From NCBI GenBank assembly GCA_964016885.1, contig CAXHJY010000724.1, forward strand, positions 60,880 to 124,879: a stretch of 64,000 bases of DNA, read 5' to 3'. Below are positions 60,041-64,000 of this stretch, in pieces. The notes below the pieces were generated by a model, which worked only from the letters and a program-made list of their open reading frames with translations, did no database searches and had not been told where the DNA came from. Position numbers and translations under genes: made by a program. Source of the DNA: Eledone cirrhosa. Its lineage: Eukaryota. Position 1 is the stretch's first letter; every line of letters starts with the position of its first letter.

Positions 60041-63000
60041 ATAGATCAATTGAGAGTTGGCTGTTTGAACGCGCGTGGCCTGAGCTCAGCTTGGAAGCAA
60101 GCAAAGCTTCTAAGTGACCTCAGGTCACAAAGTATAGATGTGATGGTTGTTTGCGAGAGTCGGATCAGCAGCGTGAGACAGCTGGCGCCCGCCTTCGATG
60201 ACTTTGAGATGCACGCATCTCTCTGTCAACCCGGAGGCGGGGGGGGGGAGTTGCCGTACTGCTGGATAAACGTCTGACTCTCGACGTACAGATTGTTCAC
60301 TCGGACCCGGGGGGTCGATTACTGGTGCTGGACGTCGGAGGTGGTGAAGGCGGGGCTTTCAGACTGGTCGGTCTTTATGCTCCCTTCGGGGCGGAGAGAG
60401 CCGACTTCTTCCAACGTCTGGAGACTTTTCTAGGAACGTCGCGTTCCCTGCTTTTAGTGGGGGACTGGAATGGAATCCTAGATGCGCGTTGGGACTATGC
60501 AGGGGCATGTCCCGATAGAGGGGGGTGTAGCAGCCTCAAGGGGTTACTCGATCGATTCGACCTGGTCGATAGATTTCGACTAGATTGTCCAACTGCGCCA
60601 ACCTGGACCTGGGCAAACCGCAGTGGACAATCTAGATCGTACCTAGATAGGTTTTTGGTTAGGAGTAAGGATAGGGACGTATTTAGTTGTCCAGAACTGA
60701 TCATGGTTGGCTATTCAGATCACAAATTAGTGACCTGCGTGGTCAACCTTGATAGAACGCATAGACAGGGTCCCGGTTACTGGAAGATGAACTTGTCCTT
60801 ACCGACAAAGAAAGATTACAGAAACCGGATTAGTAGCTTAGTTAAGATGCGGTTGACGGGAGCGATCGTCAACAGTAGGTGGTGGATATCTCTAAAGAGA
60901 GAGATTAGAGTAAGTTCGATAGGTTACAGTAAGGAACTAGCGGCGAATAGAAATAGGAGGGAAAGGGAGTTAACAGATAAACTAGAAGAGGCGATTAGGA
61001 GCGGAGACGTAGCCAGAGTGTTAGCGACGAGAACGGCATTGAGCCAGTTCTTTGACGCGAAGCACGAAGGCTGCGTTGTCCGAAGTAAAATACGTGCTTT
61101 AGGAAACGAGGGGACCAAAGCTGTTAGCTGGGCCCGCGTGACAGAAGCCAAGAGTGGGATTAAATCCACCATTCGGTCTTTGCGAGACCAGGATGGACGG
61201 GTGATCCTTGAACCTGAGCGAATGTGCGAGACCTTTCAAAGGCACTTTGCTCGACTGTTCGGAGGTGGCGGGGGGCCGGACGGGGATGTGGACTTCGGTC
61301 CATACCTCGACGGTCTACCGCGTCTTTCGAGCGGCGAAGCGGAGTGCTGCGAAGGGCCAATCACAGCCACTGAAATCGGGGAAGCGCTCAGCCAATGCAG
61401 CAGACGCAAATCCCCGGGTCTCGATGGTCTACCATACGAACTTTATTTAGCTATGCCGGTCTTGTTCTCCGAACTCCTCGAGGCTGTCTATTGCAACTGG
61501 CAACAGAACGGGAGAATTCCCTGTTCTGTGACCAAGGGCGTGGTCACGCTAGTGAGGAAGGACGAGAGCAAGGGGGACGACTTAAGTAACTTTAGGCCCA
61601 TAACTCTGCTGAATGCAGAGTTACAGATTTTGGCCAAGGTGTTGGCAAAGAGGTTGGCGCTTGTGGTGGGTGGTTTGGTGGGAGACGCGCAGACATGCGC
61701 TATCCCGTCCAGGTCCATTCACGACAACCTCCACCTCATGCGATACATCATAGAGAGGGTTGGCTACGAACCCGGCTTTGGTGGTGCCCTGATCAACTTG
61801 GATCAATCTAAGGCGTTCGATAGGGTCGACCATGGTTACCTGGATGCGGTGCTAGCGGCGGCGGGCTTCGGACCCGTTTTCAGGGGCTGGATTTCTGCCA
61901 TGCACAGTGGCAACATCTACTCTAGGATTAAAGTAAACGGCTACCTCTCGGAGCCGTTTCAAATCACCCGATCCATCAGACAGGGGTGCCCCCTCTCCTC
62001 CCTTCTGTACGTATTGACTCTCGAGCCACTGCTGCGGAAGTTGGAGTTGCTGCGGGATTGCACAAAGCGGAACCGGGATTGCACAAAGTTGGAACCGGGA
62101 TTGCACAAAGCGGTCTCGGCCTATGCCGACGACGTAACAGTAATGGTGGCGGACGCCTCGGAAATCGGGGCGATCGCCACCCTACTGGAGGAATACGAAA
62201 GGCTGACGGGGGCTAAGCTGAACCAGGACAAGTCAGTCGGTTTGCAACTCGGAACGTGGAGGGGCAAACCGATGCCGTTAGACGGTGTCGTCGGGCGGTG
62301 GACGGAGGGCCCGGTGAAGCTGCTCGGGGTCTGGTTCGGACCGGACCTCCAGGTGGAGAAGAATTGGGGCGAGGTGACGAGCAGGGTGTTTGCGCTGACC
62401 CAGAAGTGGGCCCAGTGCAAACTATCACTGAAAGGTCGGGCGGAGGTGACGAACGCTTACATAGCGTCAGTCATCTACTACCGCCTGACCGTCGTGCCTT
62501 GCCCCAAGGAAAAGCTCACCATCATGGAACGCATGCTCTTCCAGTTCCTCTGGAAGAAGCGGCCTCCCATGGTGAGGAGATCCATCTGCTGCCAGCACCC
62601 TTCGAAAGGAGGGCTGGGTATGCCGTGGCTGTTGATGCGTAGGCACGCATTGAGGTTACGGCATCTACAGGTATTCCTCAACGGTCAGCCGGTGTGGGCC
62701 CCGTTTGTGAGGCGAGCCTTCCCACAGCTCGTCTCGCTCACCGAACTGCAATCCTGGGTGAAGCAAAGACCGAGAAAACTGGGCAACTGGCACACTGAGT
62801 GTGCCCAGGCGCTCACGGCTATCTGGCAAGCGGACCCGACTGTCAGTGGAGAATCCACCTCGACATTCTATAGAGGGTTGGTGGCTAGCAGGGGCGACGA
62901 CACCCTTGGAGAGTCGCTAGGCATGGAGGAGGACGAACTGGCCAGCCTGTTCGGTAGAACTTTCGGCCCGGGACCCATGGACAACTTCCAGAGGTCCCTA

Positions 63001-63504
63001 GCCTGGCAGTGTTACCGGGGGGCTCTGCCCGTTCGAGAAAAGCTCTACAGACACGGGCGCCCGGGCAGGGATCCCGCGAAAAAGATCTGTCCCAGATGCG
63101 TGCGCGACGAGGAAACCGTTGCGCATGCACTGGTACACTGCCCGGGCGTTGCCGATCTGTGGGGCTACGTCGAACGACTGCTGTCGCGTGTGGCGCCGAT
63201 TCGATTAACCGCCGAGTCTGTGGTGAACATCAAGCCGCCTCCTCCCTTCAGAAATGAAGCAGAGGCGGTCTTTCTGTGCGTAATAGCCATGATGAAAGAG
63301 GTTGTGTGGTGGACGCGCCTGAAAGGTCTGAGGTCGGGTGACTTTCTCTCCGGCCATCACCTGGTTTACTTCTTCCGATACCACTTCGGAAGAAGAATCA
63401 GGATGGAGAGAGAAGTGCTTGGTCCCAGACAGTTTTATGAAAGGTGGGTGAAAGAAGCGAGAATGGCCCGTGTAAATGGGCCTTCTCTCTACATTGTTCT
63501 GTAG
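60041..63504 (+). CDS. Tx1 ORF2: APE endonuclease + reverse transcriptase + C-terminal CCHC; one frameshift at the G-run near 60240
   Basis: LNARG, VCE, GDWN, YLDR, SDH (APE); FRPITLLN, DQSKAFDRV, RQGCPLS, YADD (RT); CPRC..ET..H..C. Uninterrupted for 1059 aa from 60325. Confidence 0.93.
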
Positions 63505-64000
63505 GTGAAGAAGTGAAGAGGAAAGGGGGAGCGCCTCCTCTCTGGGCTTCCCCCGCGAAGAGAGTTGCACACTTTTCGGGGGTATGTGCAATCCCCAACA
63601 CGCCCCCTCCCTTTTGAGGACTTTTTATTGTTATATTATTATTGTTATTCCTTTTTTCTTTACTCGAAATGTCCCCTTCTTTTGTGCCCTCGTGGCAAAT
63701 AAATAGAAATTTATCTATCTATCTATCTATCTATCTATCTTCTAAAAGTCTGCCAATTCCTGGCGGCCACGAAATGTCAGCAAACAGGGACTAAAGTACC
63801 ACGTGAGGAAAAATAAACTTACAGGGAAATTATTCTTTCTAACGACTAGAATAAAAATAGATATTTGAACAGATACCAAAATGGCCGACTGATAGCAGCG
63901 ACAAATAATAAAATTAAAGAGGCTGAAAAAGGTCAGGAAATATAACTGATGTAGTCTTTAAAGTGGATTGCTCATAGAAAAATCTACAGGAAATAGAAGA

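Larger units (their letters stand above)
58009..63711 (+). mobile_element. Near-intact full-length Tx1-clade retrotransposon (copy 5) inserted in (TATC)n
   Basis: ORF1 + ORF2, 3' UTR with AATAAA. (TATC)5TT at 57987-58008 and (TATC)7TT at 63712-63741 are compatible with a TSD. Confidence 0.96.

Overview
AT-rich eukaryotic, repeat-dominated DNA with no confidently identifiable host gene. The tRNA-derived SINE type and the dense (TA)n/(TAA)n microsatellites point to an octopod cephalopod (inference). Two clusters (1-18.4 kb and 37.4-50.6 kb) consist of R4/Dong-clade (RT + restriction-like endonuclease) and Tx1-clade (APE + RT) non-LTR retrotransposons stacked into (TAA)n tracts, with the two clades in opposite orientation relative to the repeat. 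A near-intact Tx1 element sits in a (TATC)n tract at 58.0-63.7 kb. Between the clusters are Penelope-like element (PLE) remnants with minimal hammerhead-ribozyme (HHR) motifs, SINEs, and MITE-like and TRIM-like elements. Three observations stand out. (1) At least four families of short asymmetric palindromic insertions occur in (TA)n, with symmetry centres at or just 5' of an HHR motif; one carries a U3-A8 compensatory core. (2) A GTAAGT splice donor is conserved at the ORF1/ORF2 boundary of all three Tx1 copies that retain it, and acceptor-like sequence lies at the ORF2 stop, so ORF2 may sit inside an intron. (3) Two unrelated LINE clades share one microsatellite target with opposite polarity. 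Coordinates were read by eye; element boundaries are approximate to a few bp.
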